Shown here: in pieces, positions 8,495 to 19,446 of the stretch | Layout: each line of letters begins with the position of its first letter | Position numbering within the stretch: position 1 is the first letter of the stretch | Notes under the pieces: model-generated | What the model was told of the DNA's origin: nothing | Seen by the model: only the letters and a program-made list of their open reading frames with translations | Databases searched by the model: none | Translations under genes and position numbers: made by a program | Virus record (IMG/VR): IMGVR_UViG_3300032893_000017 | Coordinates: 33,319 to 97,318 of that record | Length of the DNA stretch: 64,000 nt | DNA from: a virus | Strand: one strand, 5' to 3'

Positions 8495-10072
8495 TTATAT
8501 TATAATAGTAATATATTCCTTTTTACTTTTTTCTAATTCTTCCTCATTTATTTCAAATTGAGGTTCTTCATTTTCTTCTTTTTTATCATTTCCAAATTGC
8601 TCTTGCTGGCTTTGTTGTTGGGACATTTGATCTTGTTGTATCTTCATCTGGCGTGCTTGTAGAAAAGTAGGGTCTAATATTATCTTTCCTTCTCCATCTG
8701 GAAGAGGAGGAAGATCTTTTTCTGCCCGTAATTCATCAATAAGTAAATAACTTTTTACTCGTTTATCGTCGATTGCAACTTCCTCAGTCTGATTCCTTGC
8801 TTCTAGTCCAGCAGGTTCTATAATGAATTTGTCCCATTCTTTATCTTTGTTTTGCTTTGCTAATACTTTATTATATACTTCACATAGATTTGACATTATA
8901 TATTTCAATCCACGATCATGACTAAATGCTATCTTCTTGTCTGCATTTTCATTCATAACATTTTGTGACTGTACTAGCCTTATTCCTAATTCTTGACTGT
9001 CTGTTCCATGTATTGCAAATATCCAACTTGCTAGCATCTGTATATATTGATTGAATTCCATGTCCCTGTTTGATGGAGCTATGCTTTGCCACTTTGCATT
9101 GTACTGCAAGAATGGAGTCTTCCACATTCCTTTTATCCCTCTAAACATGGATATCCATTCTCTTTGCAGTTCTTCTAAATCTTTTCTATCTAAATTCTGT
9201 CCATCAAATGTTAATATCCCTTTTGGCTGGCTTGAAGTATTAAAGAACTCTTTATTGTATGACATTCCAAATAGCCAGCTTGTTATTATGTCTATACACA
9301 TTTCTATAAAGCTGTATCCGTAATCTCTTTTCCTTATGTCTGCTCTCATATTTGAACAGTAAAATACCATTTCCTCTTCTGTAAATGTTTCTGTTATCTT
9401 ACTGTCTATCTCCTGAACATACTTTATTTCTTTATCACCCAGGTATCCTGTCTTCTTAACTGTCTTCTTTATTGTAGTTCCGTCTAACAGCCAGTAGTCT
9501 ATCATTTCTCCTTTTCTGTTTCTTCTAGGTGTAATTGCTACTTGATCTATTGTAAGTATTTCCCTTACCATCATCTCATTCATTCCAACTAAATGATCTT
9601 TCCTTTCTTCTGCTTCTGGAAAATCTATATAACCACTATATAGGATAAACTGTCCTATCTCTTCTGCTATTTTTTGTTCTTTCTTGTCTGGGGTTCTTTT
9701 TCTGTCTTTTAGTTTTACTACAAATCCTAATTCATCGTCGTTGTATGATATTCTTGCTGCATTTCTTATTTGCATACTTCTCAAGTTGTGAATAGATGCT
9801 ATAGGACCTACTTTCTGTGCTATGTCTCTTAATACTTCAAAACTTAAATTGAAGAATCTTTCTCTTATTCCTCTGGCATTGATGCTCCATCTAAAGAATG
9901 TTGGATCTGGTTCATAAATTCCCTGTGGTGGATTTATACTTCCTCCAGACTTAGACTTTCTTAGTATCTCTGTGTCTATACTTTTTTTGAATTCTTCTAA
10001 ATCCCTGTCTATATCTATTGGAGTTGGTTCTAAATAGTCTTTTAATTTGTTTAATTCGGAAAGGTTAGCCAT
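8495..10072 (-). CDS. Portal protein
   Basis: ILTIDQ..RNRKG..LDGTTI, YGYSFIE, YN..FF....PKGIL, W...F.G....K.P, RDMEF, DELRAEKDLPPLPDG; head-module context. Confidence 0.9.
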   Translation of the reverse strand: MANLSELNKLKDYLEPTPIDIDRDLEEFKKSIDTEILRKSKSGGSINPPQGIYEPDPTFFRWSINARGIRERFFNLSFEVLRDIAQKVGPIASIHNLRSMQIRNAARISYNDDELGFVVKLKDRKRTPDKKEQKIAEEIGQFILYSGYIDFPEAEERKDHLVGMNEMMVREILTIDQVAITPRRNRKGEMIDYWLLDGTTIKKTVKKTGYLGDKEIKYVQEIDSKITETFTEEEMVFYCSNMRADIRKRDYGYSFIEMCIDIITSWLFGMSYNKEFFNTSSQPKGILTFDGQNLDRKDLEELQREWISMFRGIKGMWKTPFLQYNAKWQSIAPSNRDMEFNQYIQMLASWIFAIHGTDSQELGIRLVQSQNVMNENADKKIAFSHDRGLKYIMSNLCEVYNKVLAKQNKDKEWDKFIIEPAGLEARNQTEEVAIDDKRVKSYLLIDELRAEKDLPPLPDGEGKIILDPTFLQARQMKIQQDQMSQQQSQQEQFGNDKKEENEEPQFEINEEELEKSKKEYITIII

Positions 10073-10108
10073 ATTTTATCCTCAAGGTTTGGACTTTAAT
10101 ATGACTAC

Positions 10109-10137
10109 ATTATAATATTTTTTTGATTGATTGTAAA
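10109..10137 (-). promoter_or_regulatory. Sigma70-like promoter upstream of portal
   Basis: TTTACA-N17-TATAAT on the minus strand. Confidence 0.6.
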
Positions 10138-10154
10138 TTAATATTTATAGATAA

Positions 10155-10790
10155 TTATTTCTTTTTGTCATCTATTACTCCAAAATATTTTAATAATCTT
10201 TCCACTATATTAAAATCATGTCCTGCTAAAACAGTTCTGGTATCCAATTTTTTATTTCCAAAAATTCTTTTCAGCCATTCAATTATATCATCATCTGGCT
10301 TTTGTGATTTCAATTTTTCTATTTCTTCAGCCTTTTCTTTTATTTCTTTTCTTAACTTCTTTCTATCATCAAAATATTCTCTTGATAAAGTTCTAATTGT
10401 ATCATAATTACAGTCCATTTGATTTTCAAACAAGTCTCTTTCTTTAATTATCTGTTCTATTGCTGATTCATAATTATCAACTGTCAAATTATAAATATCT
10501 ATACACATGTCATTATAATTTTCGTTTATTTTTTCAGCTTCTTTTCTTGCTTTATCCAGCATTTTTTCGCCTTTGCTTTTTTCTTTCCTATTATGAATTT
10601 CATCATAATCCTTTTTTAATTGCTCGTCTATTTCTGCTTTTGGTGGAATATAATCATTATATGAAGGGTGCATCAAATTTAAATTATTTAGCACTTCAAT
10701 TATTTCATTGATTTTATCCCATATTATAGCAAATTTTTCGATATTCCCTGGTCTTTTTCTATCATCTAATCTTTCAATCTGCTTGCTCAT
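10155..10790 (-). CDS. Hypothetical coiled-coil protein
   Basis: 211-aa ORF with SD. Confidence 0.55.
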   Translation of the reverse strand: MSKQIERLDDRKRPGNIEKFAIIWDKINEIIEVLNNLNLMHPSYNDYIPPKAEIDEQLKKDYDEIHNRKEKSKGEKMLDKARKEAEKINENYNDMCIDIYNLTVDNYESAIEQIIKERDLFENQMDCNYDTIRTLSREYFDDRKKLRKEIKEKAEEIEKLKSQKPDDDIIEWLKRIFGNKKLDTRTVLAGHDFNIVERLLKYFGVIDDKKK

Positions 10791-13142
10791 TTTTTATCTC
10801 CTTTATTTCTTTTATCATCTCATCTATTAACATAATACATCTTCCGTAGCCTTTTATTAACATATTATTACTTCCATAAGCGTGATCTATTAACTTTTTC
10901 TTATCTGCTAATATCCTTCTTTTAAGTTCTACAAGTATTGCTTTATCTGGAATTGAATTTCTAATCATTTGTATTCCTTTATTTAGTAAATCAATTTCTT
11001 CATTATATTTCTTATTAAAATTCATCTGTCATTTTATTTCCCTTCTAAATAATATTCTCTTTCATTAATCTGTGTACTATTACATTGTCTAATAAAAGAA
11101 TATTTAATTACACCTTTAACAAAGTATTTCTCTATATTCATTTCTTCATAAACTTGTTTGTCAATGTAGATCTTACTTGGGTTTTCCCAATCTTCTTTTT
11201 CTTTTATCTTTAAAAGCTTATTGTTCTTGTCTATCTTACAGTTATCAGCTATAAAGTAATATGCTTCTGGATAATCGTTTCTGTAATATCTGTATCCATC
11301 AAAAACATCTTCACATCGAGTTGTATAATATCCACTTCTACCTTTATATCCAGAAACATAAACTGGATAGCATTCTTGATGGTAATGATTCCTTTTTTCA
11401 TACTCTACCTTTTGTTTTTCTATTCCTTTCTTAATAATAAAATACCCATTGTAACAATTTAAAAATAATACTGTCATTAAAATTAAAATTAGTCTTTTCA
11501 TTTATTTACATCCTTTAATTTCTCAATTTCTTCTTCTTGTTTATCAAGGCACTCGTTACATATTCTTACACTCCAAACTTTTCCATTTATTTCTCTAAAT
11601 ACATCCCAGCCACTATCATTATCTTTATTGAATAATACATTACAATCAAAACATTTATTTAATTTCCATCTATTAGGTAATTTTAATTCTTCTGAAGATA
11701 AACCATATTTCAAATTATTTATAAACTTAATCAATTTATTATAAATCCTTTTCATAATTCCTCCATTTTTATTTTACAGCTTTCACATATCCCTTCTAAG
11801 TATTCATTGTTTTTTAATTCTCTTCCACAACTTTCACATCTTATCTCTTCGTAATTTTTCATGTCTTTCCCTTTTCCCACTTGTTTATTATTTATTATAT
11901 AACTTATTTACTTTACTTGTTCTTTTATTTCTCGTTCTAATTTTGCTCTCCTTTCGTCTGTAAGTATATAGGATTCATTTAATCTTATTTTACTCATATT
12001 CAGCATTCCACATTTATAACATTTTAATTTTGTCTGAGAATCGTCTATTTTTATTTCTTTAAAAAAGATATACTTTTCTGATGTGTTTGTCATTATTCTA
12101 AAAGGTATTGTATCTATTGTTATTGTATCTAATGCTTTCCATTTGATTCTTAATGAATCTTCCATTGCTAAATCTTTTGTTTCCCTGCTTATTTTAATTT
12201 GAGATGTCTTGCTGATTAAAATCATTTCTTTATCCCCTGTTCTTTCTGTATTTCAATGTCTATTTCGGATAAAATCCAATTTAATTCTTCTAGTTTTTCA
12301 GAATTATTACAAAACATAAGACCATCATGATATTTTGATCTTTCTTTAGTATCTTTATTTATTTCCTTTTTTCTATTTTCAATTTTTTCTTTTAAATTTT
12401 CAAGTGCTGTCATAGTATTATTATATTTATCTTTCCAGTAACAAACATCACATAACCTATCATCCTTGTCTATATTAATAGCATAACTTCCACATTTACA
12501 TACACTCTTCATTTATCTTCCTCCATGATGTTTCTCTTTTTACTATTTCATCTATTTTCTTTTTAACTTCATCTTTATTGAAAACATTTTCTACTGCTTT
12601 TCTCACAGCCTCATCAAAATGCTTTATATCACAGTAATGCTTAAATAGACTATTATCAAAATCCTTATTACATATTTCACAAATACCTTTATATCTTGTT
12701 AATATTTTGTCTTCTTTTTCTATTCTTTCTATTAGATTATAATAGTCTTTATTTGTCATCAATTTTATCCTCCTCTAAAGGAATAATTCCTAATATTACT
12801 ATCTCAATTGATTCGCGTAAATATCTTTCACTAAGAAGTGTTTTTTACATTCTTTTTCTAACCACTTCAATTCTGAAACCGTTTTTATAGAAGATATAGA
12901 CAATAATAAACTATTTATCCCTCCAACACCTTCTGAAAAACTTTTCCATATTTATTCCAGTCCGTTTTAGAATTTAACATCACATTAGTTATAATTTCTA
13001 ATCTTACTAAACCATTTATTTCTGCTTCCTTTTGTGTATCATATTGAAAATCATCATATATTCTTTTATCCTTTTCTTCTGTTGTTATTGCATAACTAAA
13101 TCTATGTCCGACTTTTATTATTTCTAATTTAATTACTTCCAT
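10774..13142 (-). other. Run of small hypothetical accessory genes (10774-11025, 11498-11755, 11908-12225, 12222-12512, 12496-12762, 12915-13142), several Cys-rich
   Basis: Tightly coupled short minus-strand ORFs; CxxC pairs in several. Confidence 0.5.
11034..11501 (-). CDS. Putative lipoprotein
   Basis: MKR + hydrophobic stretch + LNC lipobox-like motif. Confidence 0.5.
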   Translation of the reverse strand: MKRLILILMTVLFLNCYNGYFIIKKGIEKQKVEYEKRNHYHQECYPVYVSGYKGRSGYYTTRCEDVFDGYRYYRNDYPEAYYFIADNCKIDKNNKLLKIKEKEDWENPSKIYIDKQVYEEMNIEKYFVKGVIKYSFIRQCNSTQINEREYYLEGK

Positions 13143-13151
13143 TTTTTATTC

Positions 13152-14105
13152 CTATTTCACTTTATTTATATCTAGCAAAATAGAAAGCCCTTTGTCTGTT
13201 GCACAGTAAATGCTATCACCCAGCATAAATACTTTATTTACTTTATTTGATAATATATCACTATTAAATGTAGTAAAGTTTTTCCAAATTAAAGCACCTT
13301 CTGTTGCTATATATAACCCTGCATTTGTAGCTACACAGATTATATTTCCTGATACATATACTCCATTTATTATCCCTGTCAAGAAACTATCTGTTGTCAA
13401 TGATACAGGATTTATTAATGATGTTCTCAATCCTCCATTAGATGCCAGATATATTTTTGTTGCTGTAACAAACATTCCATTCAATTGATTTTCTATTCCA
13501 GAACACGTATAGCTATTCCATGTAGATCCATTATTTGATGAAGTTAATAATCCATTAGCTGTAGCCAGATAAATTATCCCTCCAGTCACATAAACATCTT
13601 TTACTTTCTGAGAAGTAACGTACGTATTATAACTTGTGTAATTATTGCTTGATATTGAAAGTCCGTATTCGCTTGCTACATAAATCATATTATTGACTGT
13701 AAAGACATTATTGCAAGTATATCCATATCCCGAATTCTGAAAGTTATAATTATTCCATGTAACTCCATCGTCAATAGAGATACTCACAACATAAAAATTA
13801 GCCAAATAAATATTATTTCCTACTGCACTGATTCCACTTATCTTCTTTCCACTTGAACCGTTATTAACAAAAGAACTTATCCATGTTTTTCCTTTGTCTT
13901 TCGAGATCGAATATCCACTATCTGTAGCAAGATAAATTCTATCCCCTGTAACATCTACAGAATTTACAGAATAACTATTTCCCAATTCATCTACTGTTGA
14001 ATAATTTTTCCATAAATTTTCTGTAATAATTTCTTTCTTATTGCTCTCTAATAAAGAACAACAGAATAAAATAAAAATAAATAATAAACAAAGTAATTTT
14101 TTCAT
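13152..14105 (-). CDS. Lipoprotein with beta-propeller/BNR (Asp-box) repeats
   Basis: Signal ending FCC; repeated IYLATxxGL and SxDxGxTW motifs. Confidence 0.7.
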   Translation of the reverse strand: MKKLLCLLFIFILFCCSLLESNKKEIITENLWKNYSTVDELGNSYSVNSVDVTGDRIYLATDSGYSISKDKGKTWISSFVNNGSSGKKISGISAVGNNIYLANFYVVSISIDDGVTWNNYNFQNSGYGYTCNNVFTVNNMIYVASEYGLSISSNNYTSYNTYVTSQKVKDVYVTGGIIYLATANGLLTSSNNGSTWNSYTCSGIENQLNGMFVTATKIYLASNGGLRTSLINPVSLTTDSFLTGIINGVYVSGNIICVATNAGLYIATEGALIWKNFTTFNSDILSNKVNKVFMLGDSIYCATDKGLSILLDINKVK

Positions 14106-14218
14106 TTTGCCCTCCTTCTGTATTTCAATTTATAAGCCAAATGTGCTATACCGCTTGCAGTCATCATTACTGCAAACATAATAGCTAAATGAATCAAAAA
14201 GCTTTTCATGTTACCTCC

Positions 14219-15070
14219 TTATATCTCAGTATTATCTTTTTTATATATTATCTTTCCATAACTAGAATCCTTAAATGGATTATAATATCTTTTATGTTTA
14301 TCTTCTATTTTAAATAATCCAAAATGCAAATGAGTGCCAGGTTTCCCTAATACAAAACCTGTATTGCCTACAATTCCTATTATCCCACCTCTTGCAGTTG
14401 CCTGCTTTTCTTTTATCAATATCTTTTTTAAATGCCCATAATAGCTATAAAAATATTTATGTTGAATTATAATATAATTTCCTTCATAACTATCATATCC
14501 AGTCTTTATTACTATTCCATCTTGGCAAGCATGTACTTTTTCATCTTTTGAATTTTCTTTCACATAAGCATCTACTCCCAAATGGAAATCTAATTTCCTT
14601 CTTATCCATCTATACCCAAATTCACTTGTTATTATTGCATTATTAACTGGAAAAGAATAATCAAAAGTAAAAGTATATTTACCTGGACTATGCTCTTTTC
14701 TCATATACTCATAATACAGATCTCCCCAGCTATCTGGTAGTTCTATCTCTTCACTTTGCTCATACTGTGCTAAAGCAAATAATGTTCTTTCTTTTATTCC
14801 AAACCAATTTGCATATTGATCTACTTTTAACTCTATTTTACTTATCTTCTGTTCTATCTTATTTACTTTTTTTAAATTCTCTTTTAAACATATATTCTGA
14901 TATTTTAATTTCTCATTTTGTATCTTTATTATAAACCAATCAATAACAAATAAAAATAGCATTATCATCACACATAAAATAAATACCTCTTTTTCTTTAG
15001 AAATACATTTAAATTTTTTCACGTTTATCCTCCTTTCAAAATCTATATTTTTTGAAAGTTTCATTGTCAC
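14219..15070 (-). CDS. Membrane-anchored M23 metallopeptidase
   Basis: TM + coiled coil; ITSEFG, HLGVD, YGHL, VGNTG..HLHF. Confidence 0.85.
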   Translation of the reverse strand: MTMKLSKNIDFERRINVKKFKCISKEKEVFILCVMIMLFLFVIDWFIIKIQNEKLKYQNICLKENLKKVNKIEQKISKIELKVDQYANWFGIKERTLFALAQYEQSEEIELPDSWGDLYYEYMRKEHSPGKYTFTFDYSFPVNNAIITSEFGYRWIRRKLDFHLGVDAYVKENSKDEKVHACQDGIVIKTGYDSYEGNYIIIQHKYFYSYYGHLKKILIKEKQATARGGIIGIVGNTGFVLGKPGTHLHFGLFKIEDKHKRYYNPFKDSSYGKIIYKKDNTEI

Positions 15071-16742
15071 ATGGTACTAATTCCCTAATTATCTCTTCTT
15101 TTGTAATCTTTGCACCATAATTAAGAGTATAATCTATGTCTTCAGATATTGAAAAATAAATAGCCCAATCTTGTATTCCTCCTTTTCTAGCTATCCAAAA
15201 TATTTCTTGTATAGAGCATAATTCACTTATATATTTCTTTCCTGAACAAAGTATAGCATAAGGTTTAATATAAGAAAATTCCTTTAATGTAAGAATATCA
15301 TTATGTATCCCTTTTAATTGTGATTCCAATTCCTGTATTAACTTAATATTTTCTAAAAAATGTTTCTTGGCTTGTTCTATGTCTTTATTTTCTTCGTTAT
15401 GAGATGCTAATATTATAGATGTTAAAATTGTATATCCACAAATACTGTTCTGTTTTATTTCATTTATTATTTTTTTCATTGTCATTCACTTCCTCCATCT
15501 AATAACTTTTTCTCTTTTTCTTTTATCTCTATTTCAGATTCTTCTAACTTTAAAAAAATATCTCTTGATTCTTCTAAAAGCTTTTTTGTTTTTCTTGGAA
15601 GTCTTTCTAATTTTGTTGTTGCTTTGTGTATCTGCTGACATTCTAAATTTTGACAAGTTTCTACGTCTGTAAATAAGGTAATGAAAGGTTTTTCACAGAC
15701 TTTGCATATTCTTTTGAATAGTTTTCTTTTCATATTCATTACTACTAATTATATTATATTTTTTGTTTCTTTTAAATCATTATTTTTATCGTTTTCTTCT
15801 TTGCACTTACACCAATAGGTTTTGTTATTTATATTTATCAATTTCACATCCTCTTTTTTACCATCAAAAGGCTTTCCACAAATAACACATCTATATTCAT
15901 TTATATTAATTTCCTCTTCTTTAAATAAATCACTTCCACAAAGTAAACAAGTTCTTCTTTTTGTTGAAGAACTATAATAAAAACAATTACCACTACAATT
16001 TATACAAACAATTATCTTCATATCTTTTTAACTAAGTAGAAATGAAAAATTAAACTGTCATCCATAAAACTTAATGTATTTAAGTATTCTAATTTATCAT
16101 ATTCATCATCATATATTGAATCTCCTGTTCTGACTATTCTAAATTCTACAATATCAAAAGTATTAGTCTTAGTTAAATCAACTTCATACCAAACACAAAC
16201 AGTATCTTTCTGCATTCCTATTTTTAGAATTTTAATAAATCCATACATATTTAAATAAACATAATCTCGAACTTCACTTATATTATCAAATATAATTTGT
16301 TTATGAACTGATTTCATTTTATATCTCCTTTTTCTATAAAAATAAGTAATTTTATTAAAATATCTAATTGTTTATTTCGTATCATCCCTTCATTTGATAT
16401 AGCTTCCATACGTATAGGTAAAGGTTTTCCTTTAATATCATCAATAAAAATTTTTATTTTTTCAATAATTTTTAATTTTACAAATTCTTTTTCTTGTTCT
16501 ACTGCTAATTCATATAAATCTATTTTATCTGTTACATCTTGGGTATCATATCCTATTTCATAACTTTGATTATCTCTTAATATATGTCCTCTTGCTTCTT
16601 CTAATTTAGTCTTTATTCTTTCTTCTACCACATAACCTTTATCTTTTAATATTTTCATTACTTCTTCTTCTTTATAACTTATTCTGCCAGGATGAATTAT
16701 TGCCTCACTGATATCTTTAACTATTTGATTTGTTATTATCAT
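15036..16742 (-). other. Five small hypothetical genes (15036-15485, 15482-15739, 15749-16021, 16018-16317, 16314-16742)
   Basis: Coupled ORFs, several with CxxC motifs. Confidence 0.5.
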
Positions 16743-16883
16743 TTGCTATCTCCTTTAATGCTTCTTTTAAAGTTTTTCTATTTACTCCAACATATTCTAT
16801 ATCACATATTGAATAGGAATATTTTTTTATTCCATCTATTAATCCTTGTCTATATCCTTTTTCATATTCACTTTTAATTTCCA

Positions 16884-17327
16884 TTATTCAACTCCTTGAC
16901 TTATTTGTTGGTCTAAAATAGCATCATAATCCAAGTCTCCATTTTTATTTTCTATCTTTCCTGTTTCAATACTTTTAATCTTAAAATTATTTTCTTTCTC
17001 TTCCTTAAATACCTCTACTTGTTCTTTTGGTCTTTGTATTACAGGAATCTCTCCACCTAAGGAACTTCCAATAATTGTTATATTCTTACCTGCATGTATC
17101 TTTAATAATCCAAATAGTTCTTTTTCCAAATTACTAAATTCTTCTCTACATGCCTGCTTTTCTTTTTCTTTATATACTTTATAGATATTCATTATTCTTT
17201 CTGTTCTGTCAAACTTGTTTATTCTTTTTAATATCTCATAAAGTTCTTTTTCTTGTTTATTTTTTAAATCAAAACTAAGAAATACTTTTCTTCTAATTAT
17301 TTTTTTCTTTTCCAATTTTTTATCCAA
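16884..17327 (-). CDS. Putative ParR-like partition adaptor / DNA-binding protein
   Basis: Basic N-terminus, RKVFLSFD..EKELYEIL (RHH-like), flexible tail; lies downstream of the ParM-like gene. Confidence 0.35.
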   Translation of the reverse strand: MDKKLEKKKIIRRKVFLSFDLKNKQEKELYEILKRINKFDRTERIMNIYKVYKEKEKQACREEFSNLEKELFGLLKIHAGKNITIIGSSLGGEIPVIQRPKEQVEVFKEEKENNFKIKSIETGKIENKNGDLDYDAILDQQISQGVE

Positions 17328-17640
17328 AATATTTCTTAATATTTAATAATTTATTTTTTAGAGTAACTACTTTTAATTCTAATTGATCTCCGGAATCTTT
17401 ATACACTTCTTTCAATATCATTTCACTTTTATTTTTAGCATCTAATATCTCTGTATCTGACATCTTTTTCATCTCTTCTGGACTTTTATAAAATGCTCCT
17501 AACATCATTCCAGTTATAGATAGCATTCTAAACTTTCTAGCTGATTCAATACCTTCCAAACCTTCCATCAACAAATCAAAATCTTCTTTAGTAAAATTTA
17601 AATCACCTGCCATATTAAAGTCCTTTTTTATTCCATACAA
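17320..17640 (-). CDS. Hypothetical protein
   Basis: ORF between ParM-like and ParR-like genes. Confidence 0.5.
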   Translation of the reverse strand: MYGIKKDFNMAGDLNFTKEDFDLLMEGLEGIESARKFRMLSITGMMLGAFYKSPEEMKKMSDTEILDAKNKSEMILKEVYKDSGDQLELKVVTLKNKLLNIKKYFG

Positions 17641-18664
17641 ACTTTCTCATAAGCAATTTTATTATTCCTCTAGCATTACTAAAAACTGGATCCTCAATTA
17701 CTTCTAGAGTAGAAAAAAGCTTTTTCATTGTTTCTCCAAACAAATAAGTTCCACCACCTGTATACAAAATCTTATCAGGAGTATAATCTCCAAAATCTTC
17801 CATTATCTTATTTTTCAAATTCTCTAATATCTTTACCAAGGCATCTTGAACAAGATAACTTAAATCTATATTCACTCCATTCTTATTTATTGATTTATTG
17901 TGCTGGATTATATCTTCTATCTCTAAAGTTGTTTTTTTTATATTGTATTGTCTATATAATTGCTCTTTAACATATTTATAGAATTTTTCTGTTCCTACTT
18001 CATAAGCATAGTTCTTAAGAATTCCTAATTGATTTATCAATAATGTATTTGTTGTCTTTCTCCCTGTTCCAACAATTAAGTATTGCAATTTTACTTTCTC
18101 TTTAATGATATCAAACTTATTGTCTATACAGCTATCCATTAGTGATACCCACTCTTGGTACCATATACCTACTTTTACTATTTCAAATTTCTTTGTTGAA
18201 ACTATTTTTCCAGCAGTATTATAAAAATCAACTGTCCATTTCTTTTTAAGTATATTTCTTATTTCTTCTTCTTTATGTATATTATCTGCTGTTAGATCTA
18301 ACCCTACTATTATTTCTTCATTCTCGTCTTTAACAAATCTAGCAACAGAAATTAAAGTATAATTTATACTATGCTCCAGATATACTTCATCTACAGTAGC
18401 ATATTGAATTTCTTCTGGAGGAAATAATTTATCACAACTTTCTCCATAAGCAATTGGTCTTCCTTTATTTATTGCTGCTATTATATCATCGTCTTTTATC
18501 CAATTTAATGTTGGTGAATATTTTAAGTATCTAAAATCCACATTTGCATATTTAGCATCAAATCTTTTTCTTTCTAATTTATCATTCAAATTTTTGCTCT
18601 TACAATTCTCATTATAATAAATAGATTTTATTCCATCTCGACCACAGTCTACAGCAATTAACAT
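17615..18664 (-). CDS. ParM/StbA-family actin-like ATPase
   Basis: IAVDCGRDGIK (phosphate 1), VGTGRKTTN (phosphate 2), YTGGGT, PVFSNARG. Confidence 0.8.
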   Translation of the reverse strand: MLIAVDCGRDGIKSIYYNENCKSKNLNDKLERKRFDAKYANVDFRYLKYSPTLNWIKDDDIIAAINKGRPIAYGESCDKLFPPEEIQYATVDEVYLEHSINYTLISVARFVKDENEEIIVGLDLTADNIHKEEEIRNILKKKWTVDFYNTAGKIVSTKKFEIVKVGIWYQEWVSLMDSCIDNKFDIIKEKVKLQYLIVGTGRKTTNTLLINQLGILKNYAYEVGTEKFYKYVKEQLYRQYNIKKTTLEIEDIIQHNKSINKNGVNIDLSYLVQDALVKILENLKNKIMEDFGDYTPDKILYTGGGTYLFGETMKKLFSTLEVIEDPVFSNARGIIKLLMRKFVWNKKGL

Positions 18665-18939
18665 TTTCTTTCTCTCCTTATCTTAACTAACAAATCAATA
18701 TTGTTTCCACAATTATCACATTCAATTTGTTTATCTAATTTATCCTTATCTAGTAAATTTCCTATCTCAGTATAGGATAAATCCAAAATTACTTTATGAT
18801 TTTCTGTTTTCTCAAAAAGTCTACATTCTTTCTGTGTAAGTAAACTACATGCTTTTCCACAAATAGTGCTTTCAATATTTGTGCAAATTCCATTTATTTC
18901 TTTTTCCCATTTACAATCATAGGATTTCATTTTAGCCAT
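18658..18939 (-). CDS. Cys-rich hypothetical protein
   Basis: Multiple Cys, ECDNCG. Confidence 0.5.
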   Translation of the reverse strand: MAKMKSYDCKWEKEINGICTNIESTICGKACSLLTQKECRLFEKTENHKVILDLSYTEIGNLLDKDKLDKQIECDNCGNNIDLLVKIRRERKC

Positions 18940-18956
18940 TTTATTCTCCTATTTAT

Positions 18957-19391
18957 TTAAAATAAAATCTTTTTTAATTTATCTTCTATCTTCGGAAAAG
19001 TTTTTAATATTAAATCTTTATATTCTTTGCTTGTTTCTTTTAGTTTATTTTTCATAATAAGTTCAACATCATTTTTATATTTTTCTGGAACTTTAAAGCT
19101 GAATGTACAATAAGTAGAATCAAAATCATCATCTATTCTACTTATACAATTTTCTTGATTCTCAATCTCATTTGCTTGACATGCAGGACAATCACATTCT
19201 GCTTTTGCTGCTTCCCAGCATTCTCTATTCCCACCACCCATTCTACTATAAACTTTAATTGTCTTTTCATCTTCACTCACAAAACAATCTCTGAATCTTG
19301 GAAAACTATCAGGGTGATTTTCAAATAATGTAGGATAAATTAAAAATGTAGCTATATTAGCTCCAAAAAGCATATTATACATATTTCCCAT
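18957..19391 (-). CDS. Phage hypothetical protein
   Basis: YNMLFG..RFRDC..SRMGGGNR..DDDFDSTY; AGGAG SD directly behind a repeated promoter. Confidence 0.6.
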   Translation of the reverse strand: MGNMYNMLFGANIATFLIYPTLFENHPDSFPRFRDCFVSEDEKTIKVYSRMGGGNRECWEAAKAECDCPACQANEIENQENCISRIDDDFDSTYCTFSFKVPEKYKNDVELIMKNKLKETSKEYKDLILKTFPKIEDKLKKILF

Positions 19392-19408
19392 TTTTATTCT
19401 CCTATTTA

Positions 19409-19440
19409 ATTATATAACCTTTATTAACAATTTGTAACAA
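19409..19440 (-). promoter_or_regulatory. Phage promoter motif TTGTTACA-N16-TATATAAT (copy 1)
   Basis: One of five intergenic copies with identical spacing. Confidence 0.75.
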
Positions 19441-19446
19441 GAAATT

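Noticed and set aside
11894-11925. Possible sixth copy of the TTGTTACA-N16-TATATAAT promoter
   Set aside because: The -10 half matches but the upstream box at that spacing reads AAAGAACA, so it was not counted
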